A stretch of DNA of 64,000 nt from an uncultured Chloroflexia bacterium (lineage in GTDB: Bacteria > Chloroflexota > Dehalococcoidia > SM23-28-2 > RBG-16-64-32), in NCBI GenBank assembly GCA_963717065.1, contig CAVQVC010000001.1, positions 1,681,001 through 1,745,000 on the forward strand. The letters are read 5' to 3'. Below the pieces are notes generated by a model that was not told the origin of the DNA, made no database searches, and was given only the letters and a program-made list of their open reading frames with translations. Positions within the stretch are counted from its first letter, which is position 1; each line of letters begins with the position of its first letter. Below, piece by piece: positions 1 to 6,635 of the stretch. The position numbers and the translations under genes were made by a program.

Positions 1-704
1 TTGAGAGCACGTTGGCCGAGTTTGTTGAGGGGCCGGCCCCTCGACACTCCGTCGCGGGCGAGGGGTATAAAGGCGACCACGCCCCCGGCTGGTCCTTGTT
101 CCGGCGCCGTCGTGATGAATGCCAGTGCGTGCGTCGCCACTGTGCCGTTGGACACCCAGGCGGACTTCTGTCCATTGATTAGCCATCCATCTCCCTCTCG
201 GCGCGCGCGTGTATCTCCCGAGGTCGCCGGTTCAGCGAATTGCGGTGTCCCTACCATGAGCAGGTCGGAGCCATGCCCCGGCTCCGTTATCGCCCAGCAG
301 CCTATGCTGGTTGCGCCCGCGTCGTTCGCGAACGCTGTGACATGCTTGGCAAGCTCCGGGCGGCCGCTCATCGCAGCGAAGGAAAAGGGGAATGACGCTA
401 CCCCGAGGCCGACGGCGAAGTCGCTGGCGCCCCAACCGAGTTCCTCGGTCAAGATATGGCGCGCCAGCGGCGACAGCTTCGTCCCCCCGGACCCCTCTGG
501 TAGTCCCGAGCGATGGTAGCCAAGCTCGTAGTATTTCCGGAAGACGTCCCAGTAGACCGAGTTCGCCGCGATTACATCTTCGGGATCATGGAGTGCATCC
601 AACTCCAGGCTCGCCGGTCTCAGTATTTCGGCGGCAAAACGGTGCGCCTCCTTCTTGAGGGCCGTTTCTTCGGGCGAGAGTTGAGTGTTTAGCTCCGTGT
701 ACAT
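1..704 (-). CDS. acyl-CoA dehydrogenase, N-terminal and middle part (3' end runs off the window)
   Basis: Own translation of the minus strand from ATG at 704: MYTELNTQLSPEETALKKEAHRFAAEILRP...CWAITEPGHGSD...GWLINGQKSAWVSNG...NKLGQRAL. It stays open to position 1. It is absent from the ORF track because no stop lies in the window. The motifs are typical ACAD. Confidence 0.85.
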   Translation of the reverse strand, partial: MYTELNTQLSPEETALKKEAHRFAAEILRPASLELDALHDPEDVIAANSVYWDVFRKYYELGYHRSGLPEGSGGTKLSPLARHILTEELGWGASDFAVGLGVASFPFSFAAMSGRPELAKHVTAFANDAGATSIGCWAITEPGHGSDLLMVGTPQFAEPATSGDTRARREGDGWLINGQKSAWVSNGTVATHALAFITTAPEQGPAGGVVAFIPLARDGVSRGRPLNKLGQRAL

Positions 705-716
705 CCGCCGACGCCC

Positions 717-1121
717 CTAGCTGAACTCCATGAAATTCGGCTCGACGTATGCGCGGAGAATATCGGGCCTGGCGATCACGCCGACCAGCCGACCGCGCCT
801 GGTCACAGGCACCCGAATTACATGCGCCGTCTCCATGATGGCCATCACTTCGTCCACATCGGCGTCGGGTTCAACGGAGATGACATCCGTTGTCATGATC
901 TCTTGCGCTGCAGTGCTCTCTACCCGCTTGCCGGCTCGGATGGCGCGGATGACGTCGAATTCGGTCACCATGCCGACGATCTTCCCACCGCGTTCCGCCA
1001 CTGGCATGCCGCTAAAACCCCCGAGAAACATCTGGATCGCGACATCCCTGACCGTGGTGTCCCTGGCAACAGCCACCACAGGCTGCATCATGATGTCTTT
1101 CACTTTCATCGTCGTTTTCAT
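717..1121 (-). CDS. CBS-pair domain protein
   Basis: ORF 717..1139. Two CBS repeats are visible (VKDIMMQPVVAVARDTTVRDVAIQM...; AQEIMTTDVISVEPDADVDEVMAIM...IRVPV). ATG at 1121 is preferred because GGAGGG lies 7 nt upstream; the TTG at 1139 is an alternative. Confidence 0.85.
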   Translation of the reverse strand: MKTTMKVKDIMMQPVVAVARDTTVRDVAIQMFLGGFSGMPVAERGGKIVGMVTEFDVIRAIRAGKRVESTAAQEIMTTDVISVEPDADVDEVMAIMETAHVIRVPVTRRGRLVGVIARPDILRAYVEPNFMEFS

Positions 1122-1155
1122 GTGAATCCCTCCGATCAACTCTGGCTCGTTTGCA

Positions 1156-1199
1156 GGCTGAGGCCGGGACGCCGGTGCGCGGACATCCCGGCCTCAGCC
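1156..1199 (-). terminator. perfect 14-bp stem hairpin between the membrane-protein gene and the CBS gene
   Basis: GGCTGAGGCCGGGA (1156-1169) and TCCCGGCCTCAGCC (1186-1199) are exact reverse complements with a 16-nt loop. It sits 12 nt after the stop at 1211. There is no U-tract, so terminator function is uncertain. Confidence 0.3.
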
Positions 1200-1210
1200 G
1201 TGGCTATCGG

Positions 1211-1963
1211 CTACGCTTGCGGAGCCGCTTCACCCGAGGTTGTCTCCTCGCTGGCCTTGGCCGCTGTTCGTTCGTTCGCGACCTCAGCGGCGTAGTAGAC
1301 TACCGGCGCCAGGAAGAGGACGATCGTGGCGCCCATGACGATCATGAATGCGCCGAGGCCGACCACCAGGTCAGAGACCTTGAACCCCATCACGGCCACA
1401 CCCAGGCTCGTCCGCAGGAAGGCGGACGTCTGAGCGGTGGTGCGGAGTGTGTTCGATACGGGGGTACCGCTGGCGTCAGTTGCGGCCAGCGTCTTGTCGC
1501 TGGTCCAGGCGCGGACCGGCTGGTCGCTCGCGTTCTTCGCCGCCAGCGTCTCGTCGGTGGTGACATTGATCGGGTTGCCTGCGTCATCCGTCGCGGCCAG
1601 GGCAACATCCTGAGTCGTCGTCCCGTCCTCAGTCATGTACGTGCCGTTGGGCAGCATGTAAGTGCCCTCAGGGAGCAGGTACTGGCCCATGTCCGCGTAC
1701 AGGTAACCACCCGTGGCCGCCAGCGTGTGCTCGAGGATCGCCTCGGCCTGAGCGTCTGCCTTGTCGGCCGAGTCGACCGTCTCACCGCCGAACGCCGGAG
1801 CGTCCGCCGAAACCGTGATGTCCTCCTGGGTAATCGAGTTCTGGACATCGTCGTGCGCGCTGCGGCCCTCGGAGATCATATAGATTCCGCTGCCGATGAA
1901 GGCGAAACCGATCACCAACGGGGCGATCCAGAACCAGTGCCTGGCCAAACTCAAGACCTTCAT
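1211..1963 (-). CDS. hypothetical membrane protein (N-terminal TM, Thr/Ala/Asp-rich middle, C-terminal TM pair)
   Basis: 250-aa ORF with hydrophobic segments WFWIAPLVIGFAFIGSGIYMI and VVGLGAFMIVMGATIVLFLAPVVYY. ATGA start/stop overlap with the upstream HTH gene (1960-1963). Confidence 0.6.
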   Translation of the reverse strand: MKVLSLARHWFWIAPLVIGFAFIGSGIYMISEGRSAHDDVQNSITQEDITVSADAPAFGGETVDSADKADAQAEAILEHTLAATGGYLYADMGQYLLPEGTYMLPNGTYMTEDGTTTQDVALAATDDAGNPINVTTDETLAAKNASDQPVRAWTSDKTLAATDASGTPVSNTLRTTAQTSAFLRTSLGVAVMGFKVSDLVVGLGAFMIVMGATIVLFLAPVVYYAAEVANERTAAKASEETTSGEAAPQA

Positions 1964-2163
1964 GATGTTGCTCCCTTCCTTGGTTGCGTGCGGTTGTTGA
2001 TTGTGAGCATTTCCTCGATCGGTTCACGAGGGAACCGGAGCCGCCCACCCGGCGTGACAAGGGCGGGCAAACGACCACCCTTCGCCCAGCGCAACACTGT
2101 ACTGGGCGACACCTCGAAGAGGCCTGCCACCTGCTTTGCCGTCATGAATCGAGAATCCTTCAT
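1960..2163 (-). CDS. excisionase/MerR-superfamily helix-turn-helix DNA-binding protein
   Basis: MKDSRFMTAKQVAGLFEVSPSTVLRWAKGGRLPALVTPGGRLRFPREPIEEML is the typical HTH_17/excisionase-type pattern. GAGGAG lies 8 nt upstream of ATG 2163. No integrase is nearby. Confidence 0.8.
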   Translation of the reverse strand: MKDSRFMTAKQVAGLFEVSPSTVLRWAKGGRLPALVTPGGRLRFPREPIEEMLTINNRTQPRKGATS

Positions 2164-2184
2164 GTCACTTCTCCTCATTCCGGA

Positions 2185-2223
2185 CTTCAGCGTACAAACG
2201 GGCCATTGCACGCGAATGATGCA
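2185..2223 (-). promoter_or_regulatory. shared upstream element, copy 1 (upstream of the HTH-membrane operon)
   Basis: The minus-strand reading TGCATCATTCGCGTGCAATGGCCCGTTTGTACGCTGAAG is nearly identical to the element at 4645-4685. It ends about 20 nt before the ATG. TACGCT could be a -10 hexamer. Confidence 0.4.
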
Positions 2224-2270
2224 GATGCACTATTAGGAGTGATACAAGTGGCCCATCTTTGATGAGCCGA

Positions 2271-3590
2271 CTAGCCGCTGCGAGTGGGGCCGAAGAAATG
2301 CAACAGGACCGTCGCAACGACTCCCGCAGCGACCAGGCCGAGGCCAATCAGGACCGCTCCGCCTTCCAGTTGAACGATCATGAAGGCCGTCGCTCCCAGG
2401 GCAAGCACCGGCAAGACTGGCACCCGCTGAACGCTCGGCGCCAGCCTGAATGGTCTCGGCACATCGGGCTGGGTGAAGCGGAGGACAATGAGCGACAGAT
2501 TCACGGCCATGAACCCGGTGAGGATTGCGAAATTAGCGGCTTCGGCAACGAGTCCGATGTCGCCAAACAGCGTCAACCCGCAGGAAATTGCGACACAGAG
2601 CACAATGGCGATGTGCGGCGTGCGAAACCGCGGCTGGATACGACCAAGGACGCGGGGCAAGGCATCGGTCGAGGCCATGCCATAGGTCAACCTCGAAGCT
2701 GCCACCAGAAGCAGGAGCATCGTGTTAAAGGTGGAAAAAAGCGCAACAAGGCTAAGGGCGTCGGACGCGCGGTCGCCCAGCACATTTGCCGCGACTTCTG
2801 CCAGCGGCGCATCCGAATCGCTCAACGCCTCCCATCCCAGAACGCTCACTGCCGAGATCGCGACAACGATGTAAAGCCCGGTGGTAATCGCGATTGAGAG
2901 AAGCAGTGCCGTCGGTATCTTGTGCGGCGCGTCGGTCGTCTCTTCGGCCAGAGTCGCAATCTGTTCGAATCCTATGAAGGCAAAGACCACCAACGCTGCT
3001 CCCGACAGCACGCTCGCCAATCCCGCCCGCGTCTCCAGAAGGTCGACGTCACCGAAATGCGGCACCCCGATCGCGATGATGAAGACGAGTCCTCCAACCT
3101 CAACGAGTGTCAACGCGATCGAAGACCATATCGCCTCACGTATTCCATAGACCGCGATCGAAGCGGCCACGAGGAGGGCAACGATCGCTGGCAACGCGCG
3201 GTCCACGTCCACGAACGTGCCGAAGTAGCCCCCGAAACCCAGGGACACGGCCGCCGCGGCGATCAGATTTCCGGAGATGATAACCCAGCCAACAACCGCG
3301 GCCGCCAGCCGGCCGAACGCCTGGCGCGAGTACTCGTAGTCCGCTCCTGCTCGCGGATAAGCGGACGCAAGCTCCGCATAACTGAGCCCCGTCAGAGCCG
3401 CCATCACGGCGGCCACAGCGAAGGACATCCAGACCGCATTGCCGGCCTTTCCCGCTGCCTCGCCTACCAGTGCGTAAATGCCGGCGCCGAGGATGATCCC
3501 GACGCCCCCCAAAGTGAGTTCGGTGAGGCCGAGTGTGCGTCGAAGTGTTGGTCCCTCGGCCCCTGGCGATGCGGCGGAGACGTCACCCAC
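2271..3590 (-). CDS. APC-family amino acid permease
   Basis: 439-aa polytopic ORF. The N-terminal region LGLTELTLGGVGIILGAGIYALVGEAAGKAGNAVWMSF and overall topology are typical of APC transporters. GTG start. Confidence 0.9.
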   Translation of the reverse strand: MGDVSAASPGAEGPTLRRTLGLTELTLGGVGIILGAGIYALVGEAAGKAGNAVWMSFAVAAVMAALTGLSYAELASAYPRAGADYEYSRQAFGRLAAAVVGWVIISGNLIAAAAVSLGFGGYFGTFVDVDRALPAIVALLVAASIAVYGIREAIWSSIALTLVEVGGLVFIIAIGVPHFGDVDLLETRAGLASVLSGAALVVFAFIGFEQIATLAEETTDAPHKIPTALLLSIAITTGLYIVVAISAVSVLGWEALSDSDAPLAEVAANVLGDRASDALSLVALFSTFNTMLLLLVAASRLTYGMASTDALPRVLGRIQPRFRTPHIAIVLCVAISCGLTLFGDIGLVAEAANFAILTGFMAVNLSLIVLRFTQPDVPRPFRLAPSVQRVPVLPVLALGATAFMIVQLEGGAVLIGLGLVAAGVVATVLLHFFGPTRSG

Positions 3591-3600
3591 GAACGATCTC

Positions 3601-4608
3601 TCAGTCGACTATCGCGGACACGATCGCGAAATAGATGACGATCGAGAGCAGGTCTTGAATCACCGTCGCCAGGGGGCCGCTGCCGAATGCGGGGTCCCTC
3701 CCCATCCGCTGAAACAGCGCCGGCAGTGCCATCGCGATCAAAGTAGCGACGGAGCAAGCAGCGAAGAGCGATAGCGCCACAGCCACGGCAACATCGGATT
3801 CACCCCATCGCCACAAGGCGATGGGCAGAAAGACGGCGCCCAGCACAAAACCCATCAGAATGCCTGTCACGAGCTCACGCCACACCACCTGTCGTATTGG
3901 CACGTTCACGGACATACCACGGATGACGAGCGTCTCAGTCTGAGTGCCCACCGCGTCAGCAAGGTAGACAATGCCTGGTATGAAAAACGCGATGGTAACG
4001 TTCTGCTCGAGACTGTTCTCAAAAGCGCCGACGATATCGGCTGACAGGATGGCTCCGGCGAGTCCTACGAGGAGCCAGGGTAGCTTATGCCAGAAACGTA
4101 GCGGCACGCTCTCCTGGCTGGTGGTTCGCGCGGCGAGCGTGCCGCGCATGAAACCGCCCAGGCGCGCCATATCCTCCTCATGCTCACGAAGGAACACCGC
4201 CAGGAGACGCCTTGGCGGCACCAGGCCGACCAGTTCGCCGGCTTCGTCCACGACGGCGAGGCTACTCTCCCCATGCTGGACGGCCTTCCAGGCCGCGACC
4301 TCCTGGTCAACGCCCGCGCTTACTACTGGAGGGTCGCGATCCATGATCTCGCCGGCGAGGGCGTGAGGAGAAGCAGCCAGCAGCCTCTCCAAGCCGATCA
4401 GCCCGACCAGCCGGTTCTGATCACAGACCGCGACATCGCTGGCGGAGTCGTAGCGGCGACCTGCCATCGAGTCGATCACCTCGCCGACGGTTGTCGTCGG
4501 GGAGGTAACTGGCACAAGTGCAGTCGCGTGCTCTGAGACTGTCTCTCTAGGTGCCTCGTAGGGCAAACTGAGCGCGCCTCGCCGCGGTGATGCAGTGCCG
4601 CGGGCCAT
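3601..4608 (-). CDS. mgtE: MgtE-type Mg2+ transporter (CBS pair plus MgtE membrane domain, no long N-domain)
   Basis: CBS pair, then FFIPGIVYLADAVGTQTETLVIRGM and GSGPLATVIQDLLSIVIYF, characteristic of the MgtE TM domain. AGGAGG RBS before ATG 4608. Confidence 0.85.
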   Translation of the reverse strand: MARGTASPRRGALSLPYEAPRETVSEHATALVPVTSPTTTVGEVIDSMAGRRYDSASDVAVCDQNRLVGLIGLERLLAASPHALAGEIMDRDPPVVSAGVDQEVAAWKAVQHGESSLAVVDEAGELVGLVPPRRLLAVFLREHEEDMARLGGFMRGTLAARTTSQESVPLRFWHKLPWLLVGLAGAILSADIVGAFENSLEQNVTIAFFIPGIVYLADAVGTQTETLVIRGMSVNVPIRQVVWRELVTGILMGFVLGAVFLPIALWRWGESDVAVAVALSLFAACSVATLIAMALPALFQRMGRDPAFGSGPLATVIQDLLSIVIYFAIVSAIVD

Positions 4609-4644
4609 TGCTTTCCTCCTGTTCGGGCTGTCTTCCGTTTCCGC

Positions 4645-4685
4645 CTTCAGCGTACATTCGCGTCATTCCGCGCGCGAATGATGCA
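4645..4685 (-). promoter_or_regulatory. shared upstream element, copy 2 (upstream of the mgtE-permease operon)
   Basis: The minus-strand reading TGCATCATTCGCGCGCGGAATGACGCGAATGTACGCTGAAG matches copy 1 apart from a 2-nt indel and a few substitutions. Confidence 0.4.
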
Positions 4686-4734
4686 AATGTATCAGCGGCG
4701 CTGGTGCAATCGCGCCATGTTGGTGGGCGGTCAG

Positions 4735-5379
4735 TTAGCCGGATCGATGCTCGCGGGCGTAGAGCGCCGCCTCCAGCCGCGAATGCACGCCGAGCTTGTT
4801 CAGGATGCTCTGGATATGATTGCGTGCGGTCGCCTCGCTGATCGTGAGCGCCTGCGCAATCTCTTTGCTCTTCAGACCATCTCCGAGGAGCTCCAGGACT
4901 TCGCTTTCTCGCGCGCTCAGACCGCCCTGGCTCTTCACCCGGGAAGGCAGGGGGACGGGGTCGCTGACCTCAGAAGCCCTGACCATGAACTCGCCGATGA
5001 GATCGCTGGCCCGCTGAAGGCGGTCGATGTCTCGGAACATATGCGCGACGACTGTCGGCCTGCCCTCGAAATCAGTCACACACATAGTGCTCATGTTGAG
5101 CCAAACCCGGCGGCCATCCTTGTGCGCCGTGAACAGGTTGAAGTTGTGGACCTTCTCTCCACGGAACGCACAAGACTTGAGAGAGCATTCCGGGCTGCAT
5201 ACCACGGAGCCGCGCTCGCCCAGACCCTTCATGACGTCGTAGCAGGGATGACCCAGCACTTCCTCCCGCTCGTATCCAAGGAGTTCCGTCGCTGAGTCGT
5301 TCCAGTAGACGATCCGGTCTGATGCGTCGACAACGAGCACCCCGTCGGCGGCCTGATCGAAGAAGTCCCGTAGCTTCAC
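4735..5379 (-). CDS. PAS-domain / LuxR-type HTH one-component regulator
   Basis: N-terminal PAS (ADGVLVVDASDRIVYWNDSATELLGYEREEVLG) and C-terminal LuxR/GerE HTH (LSARESEVLELLGDGLKSKEIAQALTISEATARNHIQSILNKLGV). GTG start. Confidence 0.85.
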   Translation of the reverse strand: MKLRDFFDQAADGVLVVDASDRIVYWNDSATELLGYEREEVLGHPCYDVMKGLGERGSVVCSPECSLKSCAFRGEKVHNFNLFTAHKDGRRVWLNMSTMCVTDFEGRPTVVAHMFRDIDRLQRASDLIGEFMVRASEVSDPVPLPSRVKSQGGLSARESEVLELLGDGLKSKEIAQALTISEATARNHIQSILNKLGVHSRLEAALYAREHRSG

Positions 5380-5394
5380 GGCCGGCCGCTCGCG

Positions 5395-6429
5395 CTAGCG
5401 GACCGCCTGACCACGGGCAGGCCGGATTCTCTCCAACTCTTCCTCCTCACCCATCACGATAACCCGGTCGCCGACTTCGAGCTCGGTCGTTCTCGGCGGG
5501 CCAACCAGTAGTTCGCCACTGGACTTCTGGACGCCGAGAACTACGATTGATGAGGTGAGGTGTAGCAGGTCATGAATCGTCTGCCCGGCGAGACCCGAAT
5601 CCGCCGAGATCTCGATCTCGGCCAGAACCGGACCCCCTTCCTGGCGCATCGATAGCGTGTCGATGAACTCGACGACCATCGGTTGCAGCGCTGATAACGC
5701 CATCTGGCGACCGGCGGTGATATACGGCGAGAACACCCGGTCGGCGCCCGCCCGGAGCATTCGGGGCTCGCTGTCCGGATTAGCGGCCCGGGAGACTATG
5801 AACAGCTCCGGGTTGAGCGACTTGGCCGTGAGCACGATGAACGTGTTGCCCGCGTCCGAATCCGATGCCGCAAGAAGACATTTCGCTCGGTCGATTCCGG
5901 CTTCACGCAGGATTTCATCGGTCGTGGCGTCGCCGACGAGCAGCAATACGCCCCGGCGCTCGGCACGCTCGATCGCCTCCGGATTGATCTCGACCACCAC
6001 GAACGGGATCTTGCGGTCCATGAACTCCTGCGATATCTCCTCTCCGACGCGCCCGAACCCGCAGAGGATGTAGTGGTCAGTCAGCTTGTGAATCTGTTCC
6101 TTCATTCTTCGTACGCCCAGAAAGCTCGCCAACTCTCCTTCGAGCAGAAACTGGAATAGCGCGAACAGTCCGTAGAATATCACCCCAACTCCGACGAGCG
6201 TGTAGGCCATCGTGAACGCCTGCCCTGCCCGATCAAGCGGGTGAACTTCGCGGTAGCCCACAGTGGTTAGGGTGATGACGCTCATGTAGAGCGAGTCCAT
6301 GAACCCCCAGCCCTCGATGAGCATGTAACCGACCGTACCGACCACCGGCATCGCCACCAGGAGCGCAGCCGCGTAAATCAGGTTTCGTGGCACAAACGTC
6401 ACCGTCGCCCGTACATGCCGGTCCTTCAT
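5395..6429 (-). CDS. 2-TM ion channel with cytoplasmic RCK/TrkA domains (K+ channel family, non-canonical filter)
   Basis: TM1, pore helix, filter LTTVGYREV, TM2, then Rossmann HYILCGFGRVGEEI and a TrkA-C-like end. The filter was read directly from the DNA. Confidence 0.85.
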   Translation of the reverse strand: MKDRHVRATVTFVPRNLIYAAALLVAMPVVGTVGYMLIEGWGFMDSLYMSVITLTTVGYREVHPLDRAGQAFTMAYTLVGVGVIFYGLFALFQFLLEGELASFLGVRRMKEQIHKLTDHYILCGFGRVGEEISQEFMDRKIPFVVVEINPEAIERAERRGVLLLVGDATTDEILREAGIDRAKCLLAASDSDAGNTFIVLTAKSLNPELFIVSRAANPDSEPRMLRAGADRVFSPYITAGRQMALSALQPMVVEFIDTLSMRQEGGPVLAEIEISADSGLAGQTIHDLLHLTSSIVVLGVQKSSGELLVGPPRTTELEVGDRVIVMGEEEELERIRPARGQAVR

Positions 6430-6620
6430 GGAGCGCTCGCTCGCGCTGGGGCGGCACGCGGTGGAAGCGGTTTCATCGCCTCGATCTCTCTCTCACTGCC
6501 GATCACGCGTTGAAGAACGAGAAGCCCGCGATTGTCATTGTTTTCGATAGTGCCGATGACGGTGAGAGTCACCGCCGCCAGGACGCCGAGGGCGAGGCGC
6601 TGCCAGGGTGTCAGCAGCAC
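6426..6620 (-). CDS. possible small single-TM protein translationally coupled to the channel gene
   Basis: 64-aa ORF (MLLTPWQRLALGVLAAVTLTVIGTIENN...) whose TGA overlaps the channel ATG (ATGA). No homology recognised. Confidence 0.3.
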   Translation of the reverse strand: MLLTPWQRLALGVLAAVTLTVIGTIENNDNRGLLVLQRVIGSEREIEAMKPLPPRAAPARASAP

Positions 6621-6635
6621 TACTTGAAAGTTGCC

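Noticed and set aside
1-519. 172-aa plus-strand ORF at the window start
   Set aside because: The opposite strand encodes an unbroken acyl-CoA dehydrogenase with canonical motifs, and the plus ORF is Pro/Ser/Ala-rich with no motif.
1960-2163. Excisionase-family HTH gene as a marker of a prophage or integrative element
   Set aside because: No integrase, att-like repeats, phage genes or compositional break are seen. It is coupled to a membrane-protein gene and carries the shared regulatory element instead.
4609-4734. M-box (Mg2+) riboswitch upstream of mgtE
   Set aside because: The leader is only ~125 nt. The conserved part is a ~40-nt block shared with an unrelated operon. I see nothing resembling the long multi-helix M-box.
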